A DNA stretch of 64,000 nt from assembly GCA_963719315.1 (NCBI GenBank), contig CAVRBU010000001.1, positions 384,001 to 448,000 of the forward strand, in the 5' to 3' direction. Source of the stretch: an uncultured Planctomycetota bacterium. GTDB lineage: Bacteria; Planctomycetota; Planctomycetia; Pirellulales; Lacipirellulaceae. Made by a program: the position numbers and the translations under genes. Of this stretch, positions 1 to 9,490 are shown one piece after another. Below the pieces are notes generated by a model that ran no database searches, was not told where the DNA came from, and worked only from the letters and a program-made list of their open reading frames with translations. How positions within the stretch are numbered: position 1 is the first letter of the stretch; every line of letters starts with the position of its first letter.

Positions 1-358
1 CGGTCAGTGTCGTTCGACGGCTCCATAGCGCTTCGAACGGGGCTACTCCGCGCATATTCGCCATTACATCAACGCGAATGTCTGCCGACTGAGGCGCGCG
101 GCAACGAAAATGGATGGCATGACCGCGTAGGAGATAGGCGGCTTCAAACGGCGGCACGGCAATGGGTATCGCATCAAGTTCGGCCAGCGCAGCCTTCAAG
201 CGGCCGATGTTTTCGTCATCGCAGAGAATTGCGATGTCGCAGTCGCGGCTAAACTCCGCTGCGCCGTACAACACGCAGGCCTGCCCGCCCATCAGCAGGT
301 ATCGGACTTCGTGGGTAGAGAGCGTCGAAAGGACTTTGCGAATCGGGTTCGGGATCAA
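1..358 (-). CDS. Nucleotidyltransferase-fold protein (AbiEii/MNT-like), runs off the window start
   Basis: Not in the ORF track. Manual translation from TTG at 358: MIPNPIRKVLSTLSTHEVRYLLMGGQACVLYGAAEFSRDCDIAIL..., with a GG.A...G....RDxD NTase motif; open to position 1. Confidence 0.75.
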   Translation of the reverse strand, partial: MIPNPIRKVLSTLSTHEVRYLLMGGQACVLYGAAEFSRDCDIAILCDDENIGRLKAALAELDAIPIAVPPFEAAYLLRGHAIHFRCRAPQSADIRVDVMANMRGVAPFEALWSRRTTLT

Positions 359-470
359 GCGAACCTCCCACGCTTAAATAGAAAGCCCACAACTTGTCCG
401 TTTCGCGCCACCGCTCGAGCGGCGTGAGCGCGTACCAATCTTGCCACTCGGGATCGAGCCACTCGTCCAT
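249..470 (-). CDS. Small hypothetical protein, probable partner of the downstream nucleotidyltransferase
   Basis: ORF MDEWLDPEWQDWYALTPLERWRET...; protein-like composition; overlaps the NTase gene by 110 nt. Confidence 0.6.
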   Translation of the reverse strand: MDEWLDPEWQDWYALTPLERWRETDKLWAFYLSVGGSLDPEPDSQSPFDALYPRSPIPADGRAGLRVVRRSGV

Positions 471-520
471 ACTAGAATTCTAGGTCATCGGCTCTGAAAA
501 TGATACAGTGCTCGGCGATC

Positions 521-642
521 GCTGGTGTCCAAAGTTGCGGCACAACAACCTCGTAGCACGGACTTCAGTCCGTGATTCTCGTACGGACTGAAGTCCGTGC
601 TACAAAGTTGCGGTCCGAACGGTGTCAAATTAGGACGCCACC
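521..642. mobile_element. 122-bp MITE-like element (family A, copy 1) containing a GTAG...CTAC REP-like doublet
   Basis: Imperfect TIRs GCTGGTGTCC.../...GGACGCCACC; 8-bp direct repeat CGGCGATC at 513-520 and 643-650; palindromic core 553-603; inverted homolog at 34507-34628. Confidence 0.85.
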
Positions 643-660
643 CGGCGATCGGCCACCTGC

Positions 661-1797
661 TCAGGCCGCGAAACCCCATTCGTCAAAGTATTGTTTCCAC
701 TCCCGATGCAGCCGCTGCCGCAATTCAGCGGACAATTCAGGCAAGGAATTCTTCTTGTAGTTCGCCAACGAATCTACATAGGCGGAAAGTCGTGACTTAA
801 CGTCTTCGAAGCGGGGTAAGCTAAGCGCCTCATAAATCCTGCGGACCTGACCGACCGGATCGCGTTCCAGATCCTCGAAGGCGACGTCGTGCAACTGGCC
901 GGCGGGAATCAGTGAGCGATGCGCGAAGTATCCATCGTACAAGTGTTTTATTAGTTCGATGACATGGGTGTGAATTGCTTCTTCATCCCGGTAGTTGACG
1001 CGTTGCAGTTGCCACCAAGGACCCGCCGTGTAAAGCGTATGCTTGAGCGACTGAAACAATTCGTACGGATTGCGATGAATGTGTACGAACTTGGCATCGG
1101 GGAATAGTTCCAGCAGCGTTTTGACTCGACCCGTGTTGGCCGGTGACTTTAGCACTAGTGGGCGGCCATATTTGTATGTGAGTTTCTTTAGAAAGAATTG
1201 ATAGCATGCTTTCCAGCGAGTCAGTTCGACGGCCGACAAGCCGGTCATCGTCATATAGCGGTCGTAAAACTTCGCATTGCGCGGAAACGCCCAGGCCAGC
1301 AAATTCGCTTGGCCGGAGAGCGAGCACATTGCAAAATCCTCTTCCTGCGGCTCGTTGGCGCCCATCTTCACCGCATCCTGTGGTCGGTGCTTCGGCATGA
1401 ACAGGCCGAGAAGCCGAGCCCCGAATCGCTCGGACGAAAAGAATGTACGCGGGCAGAGAACTTGAAATTGATTCGGATATGCGAACCGATCATCGACGGC
1501 GAGAAGATTATGCAAATGCGTCGTTCCACTGCGCCGCGCGCCAAGTACGAAGAGCGGCGGTTTGATCTCGGCGCGCTGAATCGCCCACCCATATCGCCAT
1601 TCTTCCGCCAGAGCCGCCAGCGTATTCGGCAGGGAACCCAGTGTGATCATCGCCGCCCGCGGCCAGAAAATCGGATCGATTGAAAACCGATTATCGCTGA
1701 GCAGTTGCAGCCAGTTGCCGAGTGTAATTCCGCCGAAGTTGTTCGCGCCGAAAGTTCGAAACCATGCGTCTCGCCAGCGCGTCACAACATTGGGCAT
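661..1797 (-). CDS. Sulfotransferase family protein (PAPS-dependent, Stf3/Sulfotransfer_3-like)
   Basis: PLFVLGARRSGTTHLHNLL 5'-PSB motif, LVLKSPANT, HIHRNP 3'-PB motif; start 1797 or 1803. Confidence 0.85.
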   Translation of the reverse strand: MPNVVTRWRDAWFRTFGANNFGGITLGNWLQLLSDNRFSIDPIFWPRAAMITLGSLPNTLAALAEEWRYGWAIQRAEIKPPLFVLGARRSGTTHLHNLLAVDDRFAYPNQFQVLCPRTFFSSERFGARLLGLFMPKHRPQDAVKMGANEPQEEDFAMCSLSGQANLLAWAFPRNAKFYDRYMTMTGLSAVELTRWKACYQFFLKKLTYKYGRPLVLKSPANTGRVKTLLELFPDAKFVHIHRNPYELFQSLKHTLYTAGPWWQLQRVNYRDEEAIHTHVIELIKHLYDGYFAHRSLIPAGQLHDVAFEDLERDPVGQVRRIYEALSLPRFEDVKSRLSAYVDSLANYKKNSLPELSAELRQRLHREWKQYFDEWGFAA

Positions 1798-1822
1798 ATT
1801 CAACTTCTGTCAGCGACGATGC

Positions 1823-3541
1823 CTATACGGCAGCCGCTTCCACGACCTCCGCCGCCAGCTTCTTTCGCTCGGGGCAGCCGTTGCAGCTCCACCAACTGGC
1901 CGCCAGATCGCTCGACCACGCATCATCCAGCACGATCTCACGTAGCGCGTTGCGGAGCGACGAAACGTCCTGGTAGCGGTGATCGGGATCCTTCTCCAGA
2001 CATCGCAGCACGATCTCTTCCAACTCGGCCGGCAATTCGGAATTGAGCTGCCGTGGAGGCAGGACTTCCTGCGACGCGTGGGCGATCATCACCTTCAACG
2101 GATTGTCGAACACGAACGGCGGCTGGCCGGTGAGCATGTAATACATCACGGCGCCAAGCGAGTAGATGTCGCTGCGGGCGTCGACACTATCTTCGCCGCT
2201 GGCTTGCTCGGGCGACATGAACAGTGGCGATCCGGTGATGGTGCCGGCCAGGGTGAGCTGTGCATCGAGGTTCTTCTCCATCGTCGGTTTCGCAAGGCCG
2301 AAGTCGAGCAGCTTCACGACATCGAACACGCCACCGCGGTACGCGCAGAAGATATTGGCTGGTTTGATATCGCGATGCACGAGGCCGATGCCGTGAGCTT
2401 CGGCCAGGGCCGCGCACACCTGCTCCATCAGATACACGGTGCGGGCCGGTGGGATCGGCCCGTAGTCTTCGATGATTTCGCCGATATTATGGCCCGGCAA
2501 GTACTCCATCACGTAGTAGAACGTGCCATCGGCCGTGCTGCCGAAATCGTAGATGTCGATCGAGTTCCAATGCGAGAGCTTGGCCGTGGCCCGAACTTCG
2601 CGCTCAAAGCGAGCCAGCATCCGTGGGTCGCCCGCCTTGTCGGGCCGAATTAGTTTTACTGCGCAGGGCCGCTTCATCATTTGGTGCTCGGCCAGGTAGA
2701 CCTCGCCCATGCCGCCGGAACCAAGCAGCCGCTTGAGCCGATACTGGCCAAGCTGCTTCGCGGCAAACGCCTCGCGGCGCAGCGTGCCGATCGTGTGCAC
2801 GCCCACCACCGCGGTCAACACCACGATCGCGAGGATGAGCACTTGCCCGCTAATGAAGCCGCTGTAGTCTGGCCGAGTGACCAGACTTTTGAACGCCGGA
2901 AGTGTGTAAAAGTAAGCCAACATTACAATCGGAATGGCGCCCATACTGCCCAGCACCGCCGCGGCGCGCCGCCATGTGTTGGGAATGAACATCGCGTACG
3001 TGAAAATCAGAAGTACCCAGGGCGTGACAATGATCGAAAGCCGCGCGTTTCCGTCCGGCAAGTTCGCCAGATAATTTGTTTCCTGCAGCCCATTGACCAA
3101 AAAGAACACTGTAGGGCATCCGAAAATTATAAGCTCTGCGACGCGGAGTTTTGCCAACGAATACGTGCAATGGCGGCACATGCGTACGGCAAACGCACCG
3201 AGCACGATCGTTACGAGACCGTGCGTGTAAAAGATGGGCATGTGCTCCGGTTTGGCCCATTCGTCCCAATAAAAGAACCAACGAATGAGAAATGCGGAGA
3301 ACCCGACAAAAAACAAGACCGCGGTCATCCGCAACCGATTCCGCAATAGTGCGCGCGTCTCGGCGCTTAGATGCGGCGCGCTGCCTTCGACGAGGGCGAC
3401 ATTCAGGCGGGCTTCCGCCCGCATGCTGTCGATACTGGAGTCCCGCGCCGCAAAAGAGGACCGCGGAGCAAGCACGGTTTCGGCCCCATTGAGGGACGAG
3501 GGCCGGCCATTGGAGCGACTTATTCGTTCATCCTGCGCCAT
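1823..3541 (-). CDS. Membrane-bound Hanks-type Ser/Thr protein kinase
   Basis: Several TM helices then LGSGGMGEVY, AVKLI, HRDIKPAN, DFGLAK, GSPLFMSPEQ, SDIYSLG. Confidence 0.95.
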   Translation of the reverse strand: MAQDERISRSNGRPSSLNGAETVLAPRSSFAARDSSIDSMRAEARLNVALVEGSAPHLSAETRALLRNRLRMTAVLFFVGFSAFLIRWFFYWDEWAKPEHMPIFYTHGLVTIVLGAFAVRMCRHCTYSLAKLRVAELIIFGCPTVFFLVNGLQETNYLANLPDGNARLSIIVTPWVLLIFTYAMFIPNTWRRAAAVLGSMGAIPIVMLAYFYTLPAFKSLVTRPDYSGFISGQVLILAIVVLTAVVGVHTIGTLRREAFAAKQLGQYRLKRLLGSGGMGEVYLAEHQMMKRPCAVKLIRPDKAGDPRMLARFEREVRATAKLSHWNSIDIYDFGSTADGTFYYVMEYLPGHNIGEIIEDYGPIPPARTVYLMEQVCAALAEAHGIGLVHRDIKPANIFCAYRGGVFDVVKLLDFGLAKPTMEKNLDAQLTLAGTITGSPLFMSPEQASGEDSVDARSDIYSLGAVMYYMLTGQPPFVFDNPLKVMIAHASQEVLPPRQLNSELPAELEEIVLRCLEKDPDHRYQDVSSLRNALREIVLDDAWSSDLAASWWSCNGCPERKKLAAEVVEAAAV

Positions 3542-3863
3542 AGGTATTTTGCCTTAACGCGTGTAAGACGACCGCCGGCCCGAATTGGTTCGCGGCCAAA
3601 AGGCGATGGCAGAACGCACCACTTATCCTACTCAACCGCCCGATTTTCGGGCAGTGGGAAAAGTCAGCACGCCAGCAAAGCCCCACCAGAAGTAGCTGAA
3701 GTCGCAAGAATTCAGTTTACTAATAGTGGCCGCAAGAAGAAGCGTTTTGGGAGGCGGCCCCGACAACGATTGAGGTCGAAAATCGCAAATCGACATCGGT
3801 CTCGGAGAGGCCTTCCACGGGCTCATTTGTTGCCAGAACGCGAGCAGCAGTGACTTCAAAGAA

Positions 3864-4415
3864 TTACGCAGCCCGCCGCACAGATTCCCGGGCCGCCCAC
3901 TCGGCGATTTGCGTCCGTGGAATGCTATTGAACGATACTTGGCCATCGGCTGCCCGTCGCTCGCTGAGTATCGTTGAGTTCTCGTGCAACATCCGCGGTA
4001 CGTAAAACCACGCACCATTCAGGTCCGTTTCGGCAACCTCAGGACCGATCAAGATCAGGTCCGTGTTGGGATGCGCGTTGGCCGCGGAAGCAAGTGATCG
4101 GGCCGGAGTGCCCGGAACCAGTCGGATACCGGCTTCCGTCCCGCGTAGAACTCGGTAAGCCTCTTTTAGCGAGATCGCCGGCCGCGCGACCGGCCGCGCT
4201 TCGAACAAATCGATGCCCGTGTACCACACCTTTTTATCGCCGGCAAATCGCTGTGCGACTTCGATCATCGATACGGTGCGCGTCAGATTGCCCATGCCGA
4301 TTTCGATGATTCGGTAGGCCTGCTGACGTTTGATCAATCTATAGAGTTCTCGATCACTTTTGGGATTCGAGAACCGGGCAAGGTACGTGTAGCGAAACCA
4401 ATTGGCAGCAGCCAC
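3864..4415 (-). CDS. Hypothetical protein, methyltransferase-like fold
   Basis: GTG start after GGAG; IIEIGMG..YTGIDLFE resembles class I SAM-MTase motif I/II. Confidence 0.65.
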   Translation of the reverse strand: MAAANWFRYTYLARFSNPKSDRELYRLIKRQQAYRIIEIGMGNLTRTVSMIEVAQRFAGDKKVWYTGIDLFEARPVARPAISLKEAYRVLRGTEAGIRLVPGTPARSLASAANAHPNTDLILIGPEVAETDLNGAWFYVPRMLHENSTILSERRAADGQVSFNSIPRTQIAEWAARESVRRAA

Positions 4416-4821
4416 AGCGGTCTCCGATTACGAGCGGGGTGGGAAGCGGGTCGTGTCGTTTCGCGCGCTGGCGAGGCGTACCGAATCGCGGGTGGGCGCC
4501 GACGCTAGCGTGCGGGATTGGGCGTCGGTCGGCGGGTAGGTGGGCCTTGATAGAACATCGGAAATCGGCAGCGAAGAATGTACCGAATTTGCCGTGCTGC
4601 CTGCTACGGATGAGTTATTGCCACCGCAGGCGAATCCCAATCGCAACTGGAGGAGACGCGATCCACCCCGCGACCGCCTCGCCGCCCGCGCAAAGCAGCG
4701 GCCCGGCGGATCGACTGTCGTTGGCACGCAGCGCTGCCAATTTCAGAGTCGGACGCGGGGCCGCGGTTGCTTTTCGAATACGTGGAGTTCTCTGGAATTC
4801 CGCGTTGTTTCAATGATCGAC

Positions 4822-4847
4822 TTATCGGCGAATGTGTGGCGACTAAA
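4822..4847 (-). promoter_or_regulatory. Possible sigma-28-like promoter
   Basis: Minus strand TTTA-N14-GCCGATAA upstream of 3864..4415. Confidence 0.3.
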
Positions 4848-4876
4848 GCGGCATTTCCGCACATTCGACCAGGGCA

Positions 4877-5395
4877 TCAACTGCCGGAGTCCCAATCGTT
4901 GTCCGCCAACGCCAGCGGTATTGCGATCGCCGCTGCCACGGTGCCGGCCGTGATATACGGATGGCATTTGACCCACTCTTTCCAACTGTTCATCTGGCCA
5001 AATTGACCGCGAACCAGAGTGTCCTTTCCAGAAACAACCAACGCGGCAGGCCGCGCCGAAGGGGGCGCCGTGTCAGCGGCCCACAACCGGCAGGCGGTGC
5101 TGCTTTCGCTGGTGTTGATTTGATACTGGCCGCCACGCAATCCTTGCGCGGCGAACACACCGCTCTCGTCGGTCGTCGTGCGGACCACTTCCTGGCCGCG
5201 GTACTCGATCATCACCGGTGTGCCGGCCTTGGCCACACCTTGCGGATCGACCACCTGGCCCAACAGCACTCCGCCCGGGCGAAGCGCGATATCGGCGACG
5301 GCCGTAACGGGCGCTGCTCCCAAAACTGGTGATGGTAGCACCATACCCAAGGCGGCAACGGCGGCTGCCCACTTTCCTAACGAGTTACGTTTCAT
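4877..5395 (-). CDS. Secreted carboxypeptidase-regulatory-like domain protein
   Basis: Signal peptide; GQVVDPQG..AG.PV...TTDESGVF...LRGGQY pattern; GAGGAG RBS. Confidence 0.8.
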   Translation of the reverse strand: MKRNSLGKWAAAVAALGMVLPSPVLGAAPVTAVADIALRPGGVLLGQVVDPQGVAKAGTPVMIEYRGQEVVRTTTDESGVFAAQGLRGGQYQINTSESSTACRLWAADTAPPSARPAALVVSGKDTLVRGQFGQMNSWKEWVKCHPYITAGTVAAAIAIPLALADNDWDSGS

Positions 5396-5471
5396 GCTCG
5401 CTCCTCATTTCCTCTGCTGAATGCAATCACTCAGTGCCGCCGAGGCGCAACAAAGTCAAACCTTGCACCCC

Positions 5472-5499
5472 GTATCGGCTCTACAATCGGTATCACTTA
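5472..5499 (-). promoter_or_regulatory. Possible sigma-28-like promoter
   Basis: Minus strand TAAG-N16-GCCGATAC about 75 nt upstream of the 5395 start. Confidence 0.3.
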
Positions 5500-5508
5500 A
5501 CATTCATT

Positions 5509-6312
5509 TCAACGCTGCCAATGTTTGAAGTGCTGAATCATTTTTTCGGTCGGATTTGGCACTTCTTCCGGCAGCAACACAGACAGCTTGTCCGGCGGCG
5601 TCGATTGTTGATAGCATGCTAAATAACGCACTAGCGCCCGATGAGCGCCTTCCGGCCCGTGCATCATGAAATGCACCCAGGCCCAGGAATAACGGTAGTC
5701 GGTCGCATCCATATCGGTCAGGTTGTCGCGCTGTTCGAGCGAGTCAATCGTGCGGACCATCCCCAATCGCAAGCTCCATTTCCACTTGAGGTCATCGAAA
5801 TACGGGTGATCGAACGCCCGTTGGCCGGCCGGTACCTCGAAGTACTTGGCGATTCCCTCATCCAACCACAACGGCACCACCGGCAACGACCCGTGTAGCA
5901 ACGCATGGGTGCATTCGTGCCGCAGGTCGATATCGAGATCCACTTTTTCGAACGTGTACACGCCGGGCGAACCGCCTTCCAGCACGAACAACGCCGGCCG
6001 GTAGGGCACCTGCGGAAAATGTCGCTCGATGTAGGCGCGGTATTGGGCTTCGTCGGAGAACAGGTAAACGTAGATCGGCGATGTCGCGGCGGGAACGCCC
6101 AAGGTGCGTGTGATTTCGCGTTGCAAATCGGGCAGCTCTGCAAACAGTTTTTCATACTTCGCCAGGCCAAACGTGGCCTGAATCTGGAATGGCCCAACCT
6201 GCCGCGTATCGGTCCACTTCACGTAGTCCGACGGCGAGCACGCCGCCATTCGCGCCGAGAATAACACGATCGCGGCAAGCAGCGCAAACTTCAGAGTTCG
6301 TAGTCGATTCAT
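5509..6312 (-). CDS. DUF1570-like secreted zinc-peptidase-fold protein
   Basis: Signal peptide from ATG 6312; LRHECTHALLH (HExxH), PLWLDEGIAKYFE, YRYSWAWVHFMM. Confidence 0.8.
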   Translation of the reverse strand: MNRLRTLKFALLAAIVLFSARMAACSPSDYVKWTDTRQVGPFQIQATFGLAKYEKLFAELPDLQREITRTLGVPAATSPIYVYLFSDEAQYRAYIERHFPQVPYRPALFVLEGGSPGVYTFEKVDLDIDLRHECTHALLHGSLPVVPLWLDEGIAKYFEVPAGQRAFDHPYFDDLKWKWSLRLGMVRTIDSLEQRDNLTDMDATDYRYSWAWVHFMMHGPEGAHRALVRYLACYQQSTPPDKLSVLLPEEVPNPTEKMIQHFKHWQR

Positions 6313-6320
6313 GGGGTATT

Positions 6321-7112
6321 TCACGCCACGGACTTCGAGGAAAACCAACGCCGTCTCGCTCGCACAATCTGTCGCCGTCCCGCCGGCACGTCCTGCCCTT
6401 CGGCGACTGCTGCCGGATTTTGGCTGCATAATTGGATTGCCGTCGTTTCGTCAGCTAGCTCGACGACACGATCGAAAGCCCGCCTCAGCAGCGGGCGCCG
6501 CGAACGCGGTCCATGCCCGTCGGACGCAACAAAGTGCACCAGCCCCTCGGTTAACAACCATTCCGATAGCTGCCGGCACGCGGATCCAAACGTCCCGCAC
6601 AAGCTGCCGGCGGTAATTTGCAGCAGACACCCAGCTTCGACCAGCGGCGACAGCACATCCGGCTTCCGCAAAATGCCTTCGTTCCGCTCCGGGTGGGACA
6701 GGATTCCAACCATGTTGTGCCGCCGCAAGTCTTCGATCACCGGCTCGAGCGGCAAGTACAGCTCATGCGGCAATTCCAGCAGCACGTGCCGGCCGCGATC
6801 GCCCAGCGTGAGCACTTCTCCACTCAATATTCGCCCCACCATATCGGGCTCGATCCGCACATCCGCGCCCGGCAGCACCTTGAGCGGCAGGCCTGCCTGG
6901 TTCATCCGCACCTGCAATTCACCGACTCGGCCGAGAATTTCGTCACCGCGATTGTGACCAAAATTCCCTAACTGGTGCGGCGTTGCAATGATCGTCGTCG
7001 TCCCGTCGTCAAGCGCGAGGTGAGCCATCGCCAATGACTCATCCCAGTCTTTTGCGCCGTCATCGATGCCCGGCAACAAATGACAATGGATATCGACGAA
7101 AGTCACACTCAT
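6321..7112 (-). CDS. CpsB/CapC family PHP-type tyrosine phosphatase
   Basis: VDIHCHLLPGIDDGA, IATPH, SHPERN, ASDGHG motifs. Confidence 0.92.
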   Translation of the reverse strand: MSVTFVDIHCHLLPGIDDGAKDWDESLAMAHLALDDGTTTIIATPHQLGNFGHNRGDEILGRVGELQVRMNQAGLPLKVLPGADVRIEPDMVGRILSGEVLTLGDRGRHVLLELPHELYLPLEPVIEDLRRHNMVGILSHPERNEGILRKPDVLSPLVEAGCLLQITAGSLCGTFGSACRQLSEWLLTEGLVHFVASDGHGPRSRRPLLRRAFDRVVELADETTAIQLCSQNPAAVAEGQDVPAGRRQIVRARRRWFSSKSVA

Positions 7113-7320
7113 GGCGCGAGCGCGGCAGGCGCGCGAAGAGCGCAAGGCTCGACGCTCGTAGGGGACCGCGTGTTCCGGCTTGTTGAAGAGAGATCAAAGA
7201 CGAGAGGTAGAAAAGCGGCCGGAGTATAGCGAACGAGAACTCCACGTCAAGCCAAGCAGTCATAGTTGTATTTGCAAGATTCAGCTTACAATGCGAGCGG
7301 CTGAGGAAGAAATGCTTTCT

Positions 7321-7887
7321 TCACCCCGCCAGCGGCGCATGCGCCAGCACATCGTACACCGGCCCCTCCGGCCGAAGCCGGCTCGAAAACACGGTGACCT
7401 CGTCCACTAGCATCGTGCCCGCATCAAAATCGGCGAGCGCAGCCAGTTCCCGCACCAGCGGCCGCGGCGGCGAATTGCGCCCTGCGCGACCGAGCGTCAA
7501 ATGGGGCACGTATCGCCGCGCTTCGCCTCGGTATCCGAGCCGGTCGAGCTTATGCTGAATGGCGGCTTGCATTGCGACCATTGCCTGCGCGCCGGTTCCC
7601 GCCCCAATCCACAGCGTCCGCGGCCGATCTGGCGCCGGGAACGCGCCCGCCCCATGAGCAGATAGTTCGAACGATTCAAATTCCGCCACCGCCGCTAAGA
7701 CTGCATTGCAAACGGCCGGAATTTCAAGTTCCTCGACGTCACCGAGGAATTGAAGTGTCCAGTGTAAGTTTTCGGGCGCGACCCAAATCACATCTCCCAC
7801 GGCTGGAAGCAGCAATCCCGCCAGCTTCCGCGCCGCCCGACGAATCTCAGGCGAAGCAACGACGGCGATAAATGTGCGAACGCGCAT
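7321..7887 (-). CDS. thpR: RNA 2',3'-cyclic phosphodiesterase (2H family)
   Basis: MRVRTFIAV start; two HxT motifs (LHWTLQFLG, PHLTLGR); GAFP..RPRTLW. Confidence 0.92.
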   Translation of the reverse strand: MRVRTFIAVVASPEIRRAARKLAGLLLPAVGDVIWVAPENLHWTLQFLGDVEELEIPAVCNAVLAAVAEFESFELSAHGAGAFPAPDRPRTLWIGAGTGAQAMVAMQAAIQHKLDRLGYRGEARRYVPHLTLGRAGRNSPPRPLVRELAALADFDAGTMLVDEVTVFSSRLRPEGPVYDVLAHAPLAG

Positions 7888-7890
7888 AGC

Positions 7891-7918
7891 GCAGGAAGCA
7901 GGGAGCTTGGAGCAGGGA
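7891..7918. repeat. Heptamer tandem array (GCAGGGA-like x4)
   Basis: GCAGGAA GCAGGGA GCTTGGA GCAGGGA; approximate reverse complement of 8320-8347. Confidence 0.8.
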
Positions 7919-7940
7919 GTGGTAATCAGCAACAAAAACC

Positions 7941-8309
7941 TTAACGCAGGCTACGCGACAGACTCGTGATCATGCGACCAACCTCGTTCAATTCAATTAG
8001 CAACGGTCGGACATCGGCTTCTTCTATTAGACGTTGTCGTTGAAATGCGAGTAACATATTTGCGCATTCGAACGCGGAACGACGCGCGAAATTCAGATAG
8101 TTTCGAAACTCGTTGTTTGACGTACTGCCAGAGCCCTCGGCGATATTGTTGGAGATGGATAATGCAGCCGCTCGCAATTGCTCGGCAAACCGATATCGTC
8201 GCCGATGTTCAAGACGATCCGCCGCATTTCCCAAAACGAACGCTAAATCGGCGCTTCGTTGCCAAACTTCTAGGTCTTCGAACCGAAACAGCTTGGCTTG
8301 ATCGGCCAT
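7941..8309 (-). CDS. Four-helix-bundle protein (23S rRNA intervening-sequence protein / Avd-like)
   Basis: FRFEDLEVWQ..QLRAAALSISNNIAEGS...F..YLNFARRSAFEC signature. Confidence 0.92.
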   Translation of the reverse strand: MADQAKLFRFEDLEVWQRSADLAFVLGNAADRLEHRRRYRFAEQLRAAALSISNNIAEGSGSTSNNEFRNYLNFARRSAFECANMLLAFQRQRLIEEADVRPLLIELNEVGRMITSLSRSLR

Positions 8310-8319
8310 GACCTCGAAC

Positions 8320-8347
8320 TCCCGGCTCCGTGCTCCCTGCTCCCCGC
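8320..8347. repeat. Heptamer tandem array (TCCCTGC-like x4)
   Basis: TCCCGGC TCCGTGC TCCCTGC TCCCCGC. Confidence 0.8.
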
Positions 8348-8349
8348 CT

Positions 8350-9249
8350 TTAAAAGCTCAACATCTTGCGATACGCTCCCATCCGCCCTTCAATGTCCTC
8401 TCTCGAAATTTCCCGCATCCGCTCCAAACCGAATCCTTCGACGTTGAAACTGGCCACCAGAATTCCATACGCCATCGCCGTTTTCAGCGTCGCAGGGTCG
8501 AAATTGTCTTGTAGTGTGAGATAGCCCATCATGCCGCCGGCAAAACTGTCGCCGGCCCCGGTCGGGTCGATGACGTTTTCCGTGGGAAAGGCGGGCAATA
8601 CATAGGTTTCATGTTCACTGAAGAACATCGCACCGTGCTCCCCCTTCTTGATGACGACGAATCGCGGTCCCATTTCGCGCACCCGGTGCCCGGCCAACAC
8701 GAGGTTCTCGGTGTCCGCTAGCATCTTTGCTTCGCTGTCATTAATCACTAACCCATCGATCCGCTTGAAGAGCGCCATCAAATCGGCGTGCGTGGTTTGA
8801 ATCCAGAGTTCCATCGTATCGGCGACGACCAGCCGGCAACCCGGCACCTGGTCGAGCACCTTTAACTGCAGCGCCGGCACGCCGTTGGCCAGGAAGACAT
8901 ATTCCGTGCGGCGATATTTTTCCGAAAGCACCGGATTGAACTGCCCGAACACATTGAGCTGAATATCGAGCGTCTCGCGATCATTCATATTCGGCTCGTA
9001 GCGGCCCGTCCACCGAAACGTCTTGCCATCGGCCACCTGCAGCCCGGATGTGTCGATTCCGCGGCCGTTCAGAAGAGCCGTATGTTCGGGCGGCCAGTCT
9101 TGGCCTACGACACCCACCAACTGCACATCGGTGAAGAAACTGGCCGCATAGGAAAAGTGGGTAGCCGAGCCCCCCAGCAGGCCGTCGCGGCGGGCTTGAG
9201 GCGTTTCGACGTTATCAATGGCAACTGAACCGACTACGAGTAAGGGCAT
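8350..9249 (-). CDS. PfkB family carbohydrate/nucleoside kinase
   Basis: VVGSVAID, LGGSATH, DPTGAGDSFAGG PfkB signature. Confidence 0.93.
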   Translation of the reverse strand: MPLLVVGSVAIDNVETPQARRDGLLGGSATHFSYAASFFTDVQLVGVVGQDWPPEHTALLNGRGIDTSGLQVADGKTFRWTGRYEPNMNDRETLDIQLNVFGQFNPVLSEKYRRTEYVFLANGVPALQLKVLDQVPGCRLVVADTMELWIQTTHADLMALFKRIDGLVINDSEAKMLADTENLVLAGHRVREMGPRFVVIKKGEHGAMFFSEHETYVLPAFPTENVIDPTGAGDSFAGGMMGYLTLQDNFDPATLKTAMAYGILVASFNVEGFGLERMREISREDIEGRMGAYRKMLSF

Positions 9250-9490
9250 TTTTTAGGGCAATCCGCACAATGGGTGAAAGTGAAATCAAGATTCAGGCGG
9301 CGATTATCGACCGCGCTGAATCGCTCCGCAAGGCGTGGCCTGCCTCTGGACTTGAAAGCGACCAGCCCTATAGTTCCCAAATGCTCGGAAAAATGCCGGG
9401 CAGCAGCTATGCTAAGGTGTTGGCAGCGAGGTTCGGTCGGGCGCCGACTCGCATGCCGAACGGGGATTGTCGGGAACAAGAGGCGAAACG

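Noticed and set aside
4428..4864. Small CDS in this interval
   Set aside because: Several competing short ORFs with no recognisable motif; cannot be supported.
7321..7887. thpR and rtcB as one RNA-repair operon
   Set aside because: They are about 42 kb apart with unrelated genes between; no rtcA, rtcR or Ro60 seen.
7941..8309. Diversity-generating retroelement (Avd)
   Set aside because: No reverse transcriptase and no TR/VR pair with adenine-specific differences in the window.
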